A stretch of 64,000 bases of DNA, taken from an uncultured delta proteobacterium. Lineage in GTDB: Bacteria > Desulfobacterota > Syntrophobacteria > Syntrophobacterales > Syntrophobacteraceae. A model generated the notes under the pieces. That model did not search any database and had not been told where the DNA came from. It was given only the letters and a program-made list of their open reading frames with translations. This document shows, one piece after another, positions 1-9,656 of this stretch (position 1 is its first letter; each line of letters begins with the position of its first letter). Position numbers and translations under genes: made by a program. The stretch is taken from assembly GCA_963808625.1 (NCBI GenBank), contig CAWEHK010000017.1, positions 32,001 through 96,000 of the forward strand, written 5' to 3'.

Positions 1-1
1 C

Positions 2-1003
2 GTGCAGGCGGCCCTCGATCAGAGCAAGCTGCAGACCTTTTGGGAACTTGCGCAATCCGGCTACCTGCCCCTGGAAACTCGCGAATACGTGCCCAAGGTT
101 TATGCTACCGTCAAGATTGCGCGAAACACCAAGCTGTATGGGTTCCACTACAATCCCCAGCACTACGCGCCAAAACATGAGACCGTGTCCGTTCCCGGAG
201 GCGTGAAACTGTCATGGATCGAAAAACAGACCGGAGTTCCGGAATCATCCCTGCGCACCTGCAATCCGGAGCTTTGCCAGGCGGCCACCCCGCCGGGGGA
301 TTCAGCCTATGAACTCTGCGTCCCCATCGGCACCGGGGGATCGGTCCAGACGGCCCTCGCCACCTGCCCCTTGCCGCCGCCGGAAGAAAAAGCTGTGGCC
401 AGACCGCTTCCGGTCCGTGAAGAAAGGCCTGCCGCTAAGCCCCTGCCCAGCAGTTATCAGCCTTATGCAGACGCTCGGAAGCTGGACGTTCGGGAAGAGA
501 AATCTGCCGCTAAATCCCTCGCGCTCAAGAACGTGGGCGAGGCCAGAAGTGTGGTCGCAGCCGGCCCCTCCAGTTGCACCGTAAAGCCCGGTGATACCTG
601 GTTCAGCCTTGCGCGGAAGTACCAGTGCTCAGTTGCGGACTTGGCGTCCTACAACGGTTTGAAACCGACAGCTCAGTCACTCAAGACCGGCCAAACCTTG
701 AAGGTCCCGCCCACGGGCCAGGTCATGCTGGCGGCCGCGAAGAAAGATGCGTCTGCAAAGCACTCAACCCCGCTGGCAATCCCTGCAAAGGCCACCGCCC
801 CGGCTAAGAAAGTTTGCATCGCTTACCCCGTTCGCCCCGGAGACACCCTCTATTCGATTGCAGGAAAATTTCACGTTTCGGTTGAGGAACTTTCAACGAA
901 TAACAGGCTGCGCCAAGGGCAGAAACTGGTTGCGGGCAATACCCTGAATATCTGTTCCAGCGACAGCATGTCCAATGACCGGACCGCGAAAAAGAGAAAC
1001 TGA
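2..1003 (+). CDS. Membrane-bound lytic murein transglycosylase D-like protein with LysM domains (5'-truncated by window edge)
   Basis: FWEL...LPLETREYVPK (end of the SLT domain), then two LysM repeats (TVKPGDTWFSLARKY, YPVRPGDTLYSIAGKF) separated by Pro/Ala/Lys-rich linkers. Confidence 0.85.
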   Translation: MQAALDQSKLQTFWELAQSGYLPLETREYVPKVYATVKIARNTKLYGFHYNPQHYAPKHETVSVPGGVKLSWIEKQTGVPESSLRTCNPELCQAATPPGDSAYELCVPIGTGGSVQTALATCPLPPPEEKAVARPLPVREERPAAKPLPSSYQPYADARKLDVREEKSAAKSLALKNVGEARSVVAAGPSSCTVKPGDTWFSLARKYQCSVADLASYNGLKPTAQSLKTGQTLKVPPTGQVMLAAAKKDASAKHSTPLAIPAKATAPAKKVCIAYPVRPGDTLYSIAGKFHVSVEELSTNNRLRQGQKLVAGNTLNICSSDSMSNDRTAKKRN

Positions 1004-1048
1004 GTCGCTGGCACCGCGATCCCATGGGCAGAAGAGACCGACGGGAGA

Positions 1049-1825
1049 TCAATTCGCCGCTTTTACTTCCAGCAGGACGAGCAGATCGTCCCAGGAGGAG
1101 ATGCGGGGCGTCGCGCACTGGGGGGCTGCAAGCTGTTCCGTAGCGACCCCGGGGGCGAGGGGAATTCTGCGGTCTCTCACGTAAGTCGTCCACACCGGTT
1201 GAATGCCAGCGCTGCAGGCCCCGTCGATATCGGGTTCGGGGTCATCCCCCACATAAAGGAGCTCACCCGCTTCCACGCCAAGGCCCTCCACGAGCAATTG
1301 GAAAACATAAGCATGGGGTTTGCGGTAGCCCACCTCTCCCGAGATCAACACCACGTCAAAAAACGAGGTGATCCCGAGACCATCGAGAATGGCTCGCGCC
1401 GCGGGGGGATGGGTGAAGTTGGAGAGGAGACCCAGGGGATAGCGATCCTTGAGGGTCCCAAGCATGGCTGCCGTTCCCGGGATGAGATGACAGAATTCCA
1501 GGAAAGCGGAAAAATAGACCTCAATCGCTCGCGCAATTCTCGGGTCGTCGGGTTCGACCTCATGGCCAAGCTGCTTGAGGGCCGTGCTGATCCAAAATCG
1601 GTTGTGGGTCTCCCTGCCGTCATGGCGGGTCTCGGTGATGTGTTGAAGGGCCGCCTGGCGGTGCACTTGGCGGAAGGTCTCCGGCGCCACCGCGATGCCC
1701 TCCTCCTGAAGACTCTTCGCCAGGATGGTCACCGCGTGATCGAGCGCATGCGGTTCCACGGTGATCAAAGTATTGAAGAGATCGAAGCCTACGGCCCTTA
1801 TACCATCCATGGAATGATCCATCAT
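1049..1825 (-). CDS. HAD-superfamily hydrolase
   Basis: Motif I FDLFNTL, motif II LSN, motifs III/IV RKP...YVGDDPEPDIDGA. Confidence 0.9.
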   Translation of the reverse strand: MMDHSMDGIRAVGFDLFNTLITVEPHALDHAVTILAKSLQEEGIAVAPETFRQVHRQAALQHITETRHDGRETHNRFWISTALKQLGHEVEPDDPRIARAIEVYFSAFLEFCHLIPGTAAMLGTLKDRYPLGLLSNFTHPPAARAILDGLGITSFFDVVLISGEVGYRKPHAYVFQLLVEGLGVEAGELLYVGDDPEPDIDGACSAGIQPVWTTYVRDRRIPLAPGVATEQLAAPQCATPRISSWDDLLVLLEVKAAN

Positions 1826-1841
1826 GCAGACTAAATGAAGT

Positions 1842-1875
1842 CACCCCGAGAGGAGCGAGCATCCTCCCGGGGTGA
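1842..1875. terminator. Stem-loop, probable intrinsic terminator of the YD-like gene
   Basis: tcaccccg...cggggtga inverted repeat just downstream of the 1908 stop. Confidence 0.4.
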
Positions 1876-1907
1876 GTGTTTTATGGCGAACCGTTGAGAA
1901 ACTTTCC

Positions 1908-2783
1908 TCAGAGCTCCAGAAAAGAGGCCAGCATTACCCAGAAGAAAAGGGGATCGGGACTGCCGCTGGTGCATGGTCCCGACCCATAAGTATAAGTGGT
2001 ATAATAATATTTGATCCAAAAACCATAAACATTGACATTCAGAGTTTCCTTGCTCAGGCGCCCTTTTGAATCATAATTATAGGTAAAGTAGGCAATGAGC
2101 GTATCGGCCGAATCGTAAATGGATACTTTCGTCAGCCTGCCCTTGGTATTGTAGGTCATCTTGGCGTAGTATTGCAGGCTTTTATCAGGTTTGAAGGCAG
2201 ATATCTTAGATATTCTGCCCTTGGCATTATACGAGCATGTCCCATAGTAGGTAAGTGTTCCAGTATCATCATAGGCGGAACCCTTAATGAATTGGCCTTT
2301 GGCATTGTACTGACTGACTCCGGAGTACTTTAAGACGGTTCCATCATAAACATAAACCTTCGTAAGCTGTCCCTTGGCATTGTATTTATAGGTCACGTAA
2401 GAGGTGGGGTTGTCGGGATCTGACGGTACATATCGAGAGGTTTTAGTGAGCTGACCGGCAGCGTTATAGAGGTACTTGAGATAGGATTCCAGGGTGCCGG
2501 CAAGGCCGTAGCGTGAAGATTTCGTTGGTCGCCAGCATTCGGTCGCGGCCAGAACCCCCGTGTCGGTGCAATCGGCGGAAAAGGCAGCCTCTAAAGGTGC
2601 GGCAAACCCACCTTCAGGTCCGGCCGACAGTTGGTCAGCAATTTCGTCACCGTAAACTTCCGTCCTTCCGGTCAGCAGGAGGAACGAAAAAAAGCAGAGC
2701 AGAGAAATCAGAAAAAACTTGCCACAACTAACGCCTGGTTTACTCTTGTACATGACATACTCCTCCTGATTTGGTGTTTGCAT
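1908..2783 (-). CDS. Exported protein with tandem YD/RHS-like beta-hairpin repeats
   Basis: Hydrophobic N-terminal signal (FFLISLLCFFSFLLL) and six ~24-aa repeats of Y[N/D]xxG[Q/R][L/F/I]xK. Confidence 0.65.
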   Translation of the reverse strand: MQTPNQEEYVMYKSKPGVSCGKFFLISLLCFFSFLLLTGRTEVYGDEIADQLSAGPEGGFAAPLEAAFSADCTDTGVLAATECWRPTKSSRYGLAGTLESYLKYLYNAAGQLTKTSRYVPSDPDNPTSYVTYKYNAKGQLTKVYVYDGTVLKYSGVSQYNAKGQFIKGSAYDDTGTLTYYGTCSYNAKGRISKISAFKPDKSLQYYAKMTYNTKGRLTKVSIYDSADTLIAYFTYNYDSKGRLSKETLNVNVYGFWIKYYYTTYTYGSGPCTSGSPDPLFFWVMLASFLEL

Positions 2784-3005
2784 TGAATGAAGTTATAAGT
2801 GGATTGGGGACTCTACCGCTTTCTTATAGCCCGCGCATCAGGCGAAGTCAAACGGGTTCTCCACCGTAAAAATCTCGGTTTTGGGTCGTATGGATCGCAT
2901 TCACGTTGGTCCTGACAGGCGGCGTACCCGCAACGCGAGCCATCGCGATGGATGGGAGCACGGCCCATTGGTTCTTGGCTCTGTCTGTAAATTTTCCCCA
3001 AAGCT

Positions 3006-3250
3006 GGTTCCCAAGCTCTGGCTTGGGAACCCACCTGCTTGGAAGCTCCAGCTTTGTCGGACCTGTGGATGTCACCTGGTACTCAAGAGACACACGAAGC
3101 TGGAGCTTCCGTCCTGCATTCCCAAGCTGGAGCTTGGGAACGAGCGAACGAGCGAAGCTGGAGCTTGGGAACGAGCGAACGAGTGGACGAGCGAAGCTGG
3201 GCTTGGGAACGAGCGAAAAGAGCGAAGCTGGAGCTTGGGAACGAGCGAAC
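3006..3250. repeat. Palindromic REP/MITE-like element (GTTCCCAAGCT..GCTTGGGAAC family) with tandem expansion of a ~31-bp unit
   Basis: Hairpin ggttcccaagctctggcttgggaacc; unit aagctggagcttgggaacgagcgaa starts at 3124, 3155, 3194 and 3225; inverted homolog at 60063-60210. Confidence 0.85.
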
Positions 3251-3275
3251 GGGAGAACCGAAAAGACCTCCAAAC

Positions 3276-3351
3276 GTCATTCCCGCATGCTTCTGGCGGG
3301 AATCCAGGTTTCTAAAGGCCTGGACCCCCGGCAGGAAACTGCGGGGGTGAC
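3276..3351. repeat. REP-like double hairpin (GTCATTCCCGC...GCGGGAATCCAG...GGACCCCCG...GCGGGGGTGAC)
   Basis: Same family at 45569-45646 and 49645-49714. Confidence 0.8.
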
Positions 3352-3378
3352 ATTAACAAGGACTTTTTGGACGCGCTC

Positions 3379-6136
3379 TTACAGATCAGGGCAAAAACTC
3401 TGAAACGCGGTTCTCACACGGCGGCGTAACCGGATGAGGTCCTGCCAGTCTTCAATGGCGCCGGGGCCATGACGCAGAGGCCAGAGGCGGAGGCTTTTGA
3501 GGGCCTCGAATATTTGCGGGTCCAGGCGTGACGTCGCAAGATTGCTGTGGAGACGCAGGCGATGTTCGAGCGAGCGCAGGGTTTCAAAAGCGGTCATCAG
3601 CTCAAGAGCCGAATTCCGCAAGGAGGAGACGTTCTCGAAGACGCTTCTGCAGGGCCGACCGGACGGAGCGCACCTGCAAAGAAGGCGCTCGGTAGCCCTC
3701 GATCAGGGCGTTTCCCTGGGCCAGGAATTCGAAATCCGTCAGGCCTCCCATGCCGAGTTTGATGTCGATCTGGTCGCCCTTTTCTTCACCCCGCTCGCGC
3801 TGCATGCGGCCGCGCAAATGACAAAGCCGGTTCCAGACTTCCTCGGGGTCCCTTTGCCGGTAACAGATGTTCTGGGCCCGCTGTTCGATCCAGGTGCCCA
3901 GCTTACGGTTTCCGGCGACATTGCGGACACGAATGAGCGCCTGCATCTCCCACAGGTCCGCCTGGTGCTCGTAATAGTCCAACCATGAACTGCGGGTCAC
4001 GATTAGGGGCCCGTAGCTCCCGGTCGGCCGCAGCCGGGCATCGACGGCATAACCGGGCCCCTCCTGCAAAGGCGTGCTCAGCATGCGCATGAACCGCTGG
4101 ACGAGGCGCACCACTTCGGCTGGAATCAGGTCCTCGGGTTCCTCGGGCTTCGGCCGGTAGACGAAGACCAGGTCGAGGTCGGAAAGGTAGCTCATCTCCT
4201 GGCTTCCGAGCCTGCCGAGGGCCATCACCGCAAGAGGCAAATCCGGATCGAGGCCGATGTTCGTGCGGACGCGGTCATAGGTATGCCGGATGACAAAATC
4301 AGCGAGGTTGCTCAACTCCCGTTCCAGAACCTCGTGGCCGAAATCTTCGCGCAGATCCGCGAGCACCAGCTGCAGCAGGCGTTCGTTCTTCAGGCGGCGA
4401 ATCCATTCCAGGCTTTCGCCGTAATCCTCGGGTTTTTTTCAGGAGCCGAGCGCCCGCCTTTTCCCATGTGCTGAATTCCGGGCTGGTGTTCGTCGTCGTC
4501 GCGATTCCTTCGACCAGGCCGGGATGGTGTGCCAGGAGCACGCCGAGCAACTCGGTAGTGGCGAGACCGCGACAAAAATCCCGCAGCCAGGCGGCGGGGG
4601 CGTGAAAAACCCGTTTCAGCCCCGGCCGCCGCGAGACCTGGCTGAAGTAGCGCTCGAGGCGAACCAGCGTTTTCTCCTGCAGTTCCGAATCGTGCAAGGA
4701 CGTATCTTCTCGCAGAACTTCCAAAATGGTCTTCTCAAGAAATGGAGGAAAGGCATTGAGTGAACTCCTGAAGCGAGTGACGGCTTCGCTGAGGAACATC
4801 CGCCAAGAAACTGGAGTCATCCGGAATATCCTCGGTCGTTGCCCGTTGTTCTTTCCGGAGGAGTCGGTCCTTATCGGCGTCGGTGCCAAAGAGGGCGAGG
4901 AAGTGGTCATGGACCGCGTGACAATGAGTTTCGAGCGTTTCAAGGAAGGTGCCGAAATCCGGGCCGAAGCCCAGGGCAAGGGCCAGCCGCTTCCGTGCGT
5001 CGTTGGATTTGGGTAGTTTTTGGGTCTGCCGGTTCTGATCCAGTTGCACCCAGTGTTCGACTCGCCTCAGGAAAATGTAGGAGGCTTTCAGTTCCTCCAC
5101 CACCTCGAGGTCGAGCAGGCCGAGCTCGAGCAGAGTGTCCAGACACCGTAAGGTGTTCGGTTCATCGAGCTGGGGGTGGCGTCCGCCATAGATGAGCTGC
5201 AGCGACTGCACCAGGAACTCCACCTCGCGAATCCCGCCAGTCCCCAGTTTGACGTCGAACTGTTCCCACCCGAAGCGGTGGCGGGCGCTCTCGGCAGCAA
5301 TCCGGTCGCGCATGGCACGGAGCTCATCGAGGGCCTGGAAATCCAGGAACCGGCGGAAGATAAAAGGCCGAACTTCCCGCAGGAAAGCCAGTCCCAAGGA
5401 CCGCTCGCCGGCCACCGGCCTGGCCTTGAGGAGCATCTGCCGCTCCCAGGGCTGACCGGATTCCAGGTAGTAATCCGCAGCCGCAGCATAGGAGGGGACC
5501 AGGGGGCCGTCCTTGCCATAGGGCCGCAGGCGATGATCCACCAGGAAGACGCGGTCCCCCTCGGCGCTCTCAGCCAGGAGGCGGGATAGCCATTGGCACA
5601 AGCGTTCGAGGAACATGTCTTGCGCCGCCGCCGGGAGCCTCCCTGCCGGGCTTCGGGGCATGAAGGAAGAGGAGGTCGATATCGGAGACATAGTTCAGCT
5701 CACGGCCTCCAAGCTTACCCAGGCCCTAATACCACCAACTGGCGCATCTTCCCGCACCCGACCCCAGCTCTTTGCTTCCTCTCCCGCGAGCCACCAGTCA
5801 GGGTGACGGGAGAGTACATCAAGCCCGACCTGGAGGGCAACGGCGGCCAGATCGCTGATCTGCCCGGTGGTTTCCGAGCAGGTCCGCCCACCCCAGGAGG
5901 TCGCGGCCTCCAATGCGCAGAAAATGGCGCTGTTTGAAGTCGCGAAAGGCGGTGAGCAGCTCGGAGAAGGTCTGAGCCTTTCCGGCGGCTTCTTGCAGAT
6001 CCTCATAGAGCTCGGTCAGAGGATAGCGGCGGTGGAGGTTTTTCCCGGCAAGGAGCCAATCCTTATAGTGCTGCCGACCGCGCAGAAGGGTCGCCAGATA
6101 TTGTGAGGATTCCTGAATCCGTTCGATTTCGTTCAT
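3379..6136 (-). CDS. glnE: Bifunctional glutamine synthetase adenylyltransferase/adenylyl-removing enzyme, split by several frameshifts
   Basis: Duplicated NT domains: VDHRLRPYGKDGPL, QPWERQMLLKARPVAG, VKLGTGGIREVEF; then MALGRLGSQEMSYLSDLDL, VDARLRPTGSYGPL, IKLGMGGLTDFEF. Confidence 0.9.
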
Positions 6137-6927
6137 GCCTTATCCCTGCCAAAGCCCGAGGAGGATACAGCTAATCGTTCGCTCCCTGTTCGGCTGCAAA
6201 TCGTTGACAGTTGCCACTGTTCTCGGCCATGAGGCTTCCTAAAATTTCGTGTCAACGAGAACGCCTGATCGACCTGGGCAAGGATTACCTCGATTATCTT
6301 TGTGGGAGTTGAGACTGGTTCCGTATTCTTTTCGAGTAGATCGCTTTCCACAGTAATGGCACTGCACTACATACCTGGGGCCAAAGCTCAAGCCTGTCCC
6401 ACCTGAGCGAGTATGAGACGATCTGGCGTATTTCGGTTTCGGTGTCGTGAAGCCACGGGACTGTCGAGCAGCAGGTGGTGCGGACACGGGTTCTGACGGA
6501 ATTAGCTCAGTCATATATTCTCGTATGACCTGAAGAGCATGCGATCTTGAGACATTTCAATGCCAGCCGCTTCACACCCCCATTTCATAACATCTCTGAA
6601 ATTGCTTTTCAAAAAATCCTGATCGAGATGATTGGAATGATTGGAATTAGTAATGGTAAAATCCAAGTCTCCGCAAAATCGATCCATCTCAAAGAAGCAT
6701 TTCTTGATACACGTGCCCCCCTTGAATACCCAATCCGCGTTCAGCGCCGGGTGATTTGAGTTGCCAGCGAGAAGCTACCCCAGGACATAATCCTTCTCGA
6801 TGACATTCGGGTCAAGGCTAATGCCGCTATCTTGATAGTATAGGAATTTGCATTTTTCCTCAATGAAATCAATTGAGTCATGATAGAAAGGTAGGTGGAC
6901 CGAGAGTAGGGGGAGAGGGTAGAAGCG

Positions 6928-8217
6928 ATTGATCGGAACATCTTCCGTCAGATATTCGAGGAACATTGGATCGAGTTCAAAGAGCGCCATCCGCCGTATG
7001 CTGGAGGGTATTACGAAGAGGTGGTGCAAAAGATGTTGGGTTGTGGAAAGGAAGCGGGAGGATACAGCGAATACCTGTGCACCTGTTGCGGGAAGGATAT
7101 GCGGCGGATTGCCTTTACCTGTAAGAGTTGCTTTTGTTTGTCGTGTTGCAAAGGATACACGGATGATTTTGTGGCGCAGGTCAGCCGTGTATTGCAGCCT
7201 GGAGTGAGATACCGTCATATGATCCTGACGGTTCCTGAGCAACAACGGATTATCTTCTATCGAGATCGGCATGAGGGGAAGCTCTTGTCGGCACTGATGC
7301 GTTGTGGGTATGAGTGCCTTGAAGATGTGGTGAGCTGCGCGGTGAGGCAGCAGGTGAAGATTGGAGCGATCGGTGTGGTGCAAACTCATGGTCGGTCTGG
7401 GCACTATAATCCGCATCTTCACATTATCATGAGCAGTGGAGGGGTCAACGAAGAGACGGGTAAGTGGGTGGAGTTGGGGTATTTTCCGTATGAGATCATC
7501 CACAAGAAGTGGCAATATCATCTCTTCAAGATGCTTAAGGAGATGGTTCCAACGACGGAGATGAGGTCCTTGATTGATGCTCTCTGGAAGAAGTACCCGA
7601 GAGGACTTGTTGCCCATGTGACGAAAGGAAAAGTTCCAGAGCAATGCCGAGGCTTGGCCAAATACCTGGCCAAATATGTTGCCTCTCCTCCGATAGCCGT
7701 AAGACGGATCATGGGCTACACCGGTCAGGAAGTGACGTACTGGTACAAGGATCACCAGACAAAGAAAAAAGAAGTGGTCACGGTCAACGTGATGACCTTC
7801 ATTGGACGGATGGTTCAACATATTTTTCCGAAAGGATTTCAGCGGCTCCGCTACTATGGTCTGCAAGCAACGAAGACCTTCAAGAAATGGGTGGAGGTGA
7901 TTAGGGAAGGATTACGTAGGGTAGGGCGAGTTATCAAGGGTACTTATGAGGTGGTTGCATCCAAGAAGTATCGTGAAAGGTTCCAGGAGATGAGCGGTTG
8001 AGATCCGCTGATTTGCAGATTCTGTGGTCGGGAGATGGATCTCTGGAAGATATGGCACCCCAAGTACGGGACGATCTACGATGAGTGGGAAAACCTCAAA
8101 GCGGGCAAATACGAAAGAATCGCTAAGAACAGAGATGGAACTTCAGGATGGGGAGGATATTCCCTTTGGCCCCCCTCCGGAGGAGTACAATTATCGCTGT
8201 TCCCTGTGCGGGTGTGA
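6928..8217 (+). pseudogene. IS91-family (HUH/Y2) transposase with N-terminal zinc-binding domain and an in-frame TGA at 7999-8001
   Basis: CTCCG...FTCKSCFCLSC, YRHMILTVP, QTHGRSGHYNPHLH (HUH), YLAKY, FQRLRYYG; the frame continues past the TGA as DPLICRFCG...WHPKYG; upstream in-frame IDRNIFRQIFEEHW lacks an ATG. Confidence 0.85.
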
Positions 8218-8368
8218 AGTGTGGGTCAACGAGGCGATCATCGATTTCGAGCTTGGCTTTGCCGAGTTTGAGGGAAGAGAAGTAGTTATGCCTGTTATTG
8301 GGTGTCCTGGCTGTAACCGGGAGACTATGCAATACACCGGGATCAAAAGTCCGCCCGAAGGGCGCTAA
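8135..8368 (+). CDS. Small zinc-ribbon protein carried inside the IS
   Basis: CSLC...CPGC pair; overlaps the transposase 3' end and lies inside the right inverted repeat. Confidence 0.5.
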   Translation: MELQDGEDIPFGPPPEEYNYRCSLCGCEVWVNEAIIDFELGFAEFEGREVVMPVIGCPGCNRETMQYTGIKSPPEGR

Positions 8369-8556
8369 GTCCAGGAAAATCTTGCCGGCCCTTCGTCATC
8401 CCAGGAAAGGCGAGGTCCGGAAGATTTTGAAAAGATACCATTTCAGTTTCGCCTGAATGACACCCAAGTGCCTCCACATCAGGGTCAGGGCTTAAGTTAG
8501 CAGCATTAGGTTAAGGCCCACTTCCCTGGCAAAGTCCATGATTTCCTGCCGATCAA

Positions 8557-8748
8557 TCACTTCTTTTTAGTTTCCTTTCCCCAGCCTTCAGACACCCACA
8601 ACCGTCATTTCGTAACTAACCTCGCTGCGGGCAATGCCGGGTTGAGCTTGGTGTTTCCTTTTGTGCGGCGGATCACTTCTGTGATCCGCTTTCGTTCAGT
8701 TTTCCCTGATTCAGAAAGCTGTTGCAAAGTTCTCGCAAAGTGCCCCAT
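8557..8748 (-). pseudogene. AbiEi-family antitoxin relic with a large internal deletion
   Basis: MGHFARTLQQLSESGKTERKRITEVIRRTKG|NTKLNPALPAARLVTK*RLWVSEGW; its stop overlaps the toxin GTG (GTGA). Confidence 0.65.
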
Positions 8749-9254
8749 GTACCAGAATTTGTGAATTGTGCCTCATTAGATATACTTTCTATTGCGCTAA
8801 TTCAACTAATGGGACACCTTCCAGACATTAGGGATGGCGCTTTCGGCTCTTCCTGGGAGTTTTTCTTTTGACAATTTCACTCGAAATCCGCTTTTCACCA
8901 TTTGGTGAAATAGATGAAAATAATGAAATCTTTTTTCGAGATTGTCCTTCTGTTAACGGGCCATTCTGCCCGCGACTTCGAGTTTCGCCGTAAGCGATTT
9001 AGGACAAAAGAGATTGGGGGATAACCGCGGACATTGACGTCCTCAGGTCCCGGAGTGAAGAAGAAATGGCTGATCACATCCCCATAACTTACATCCCGCT
9101 ACCGATGATTCTGAGAACGAAGGGTTGTTGTTGCTTTTTTCACAGCGGCTGAATTTTTATGGTGATCATCTAATTGCATTCGTGTATCAGTAAGAGCTAG
9201 ATGTGAGATGTTTCCCAACACTGTGATAAGATAGTAGAAGCATAGGGGCTGTGT

Positions 9255-9656
9255 ATGATCATCACGCTGGTTCGTAACGATGGTGAACCGACACCGGAAT
9301 ATCCCGGAGAACAAATCTGGAGAGGGGGCTACCAGGGGCCTTCAATAGATGACGCTGATCAACTCCCAGCATCTCTCCTCTCGAATCGGATCTCAGACCT
9401 TCAAGAAAGGATCGAAATCGGCACTTGGTACCCTGTTGAAAGATTCAAGGACCTTTTCAGTGCCTCAAGAAATGATGCAGGAGCTTGGTCTGAAGTGGCC
9501 GTGCCGGTTCTCACCCCGGATGGCAAAAAAGATAATGTATTGATCCAAGTCGAGCTAAACAGTTGCTGTGACATGATGGTGCAAGCTGTTTTCGATCTCA
9601 CTGAACAGTTAGATTTGTGGAGACAAAAGGGGAGTATTTGGATCCGTGTTGAGTGA
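9255..9656 (+). CDS. Hypothetical protein, first gene of the PIN/ATPase operon
   Basis: 133-aa ORF overlapping the next start by 11 nt; no recognisable motif. Confidence 0.55.
   Translation: MIITLVRNDGEPTPEYPGEQIWRGGYQGPSIDDADQLPASLLSNRISDLQERIEIGTWYPVERFKDLFSASRNDAGAWSEVAVPVLTPDGKKDNVLIQVELNSCCDMMVQAVFDLTEQLDLWRQKGSIWIRVE

Larger units (their letters stand above)
6819..8508. mobile_element. IS element with 17-bp terminal inverted repeats and a 9-bp target-site duplication, carrying an IS91-type transposase
   Basis: Left end taatgccgctatcttga (6819-6835); right end reverse complement taatgctgctaacttaa (8492-8508), 14/17 identical; flanks ggtcaaggc (6810-6818) and ggttaaggc (8509-8517). Confidence 0.8.
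6239..8560 (-). pseudogene. AbiEii-family nucleotidyltransferase toxin, interrupted by an IS and internally deleted
   Basis: N-terminus MIDRQEIMDFAREVG (8560-8516) joins LDPNVIEKDYVLG*LLAG...WVFKG..CIKKCFFE..RF..DLDFT (6817-6670) once the IS is removed; C-terminal zinc-finger-like tail CHYCG...HKD...CPGRSG in ORF 6239-6514. Confidence 0.8.

Noticed and set aside
3124..3250. Possible CRISPR array
   Set aside because: Inter-repeat segments are short and near-identical rather than unique spacers; no cas genes; the repeat belongs to a dispersed palindrome family
2813..3403. ORFs spanning the palindromic repeats (also 40313-40672)
   Set aside because: Open frames are a by-product of repeat sequence
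8760..9250. Short ORFs upstream of the PIN operon
   Set aside because: No recognisable motif; likely promoter or decayed DNA
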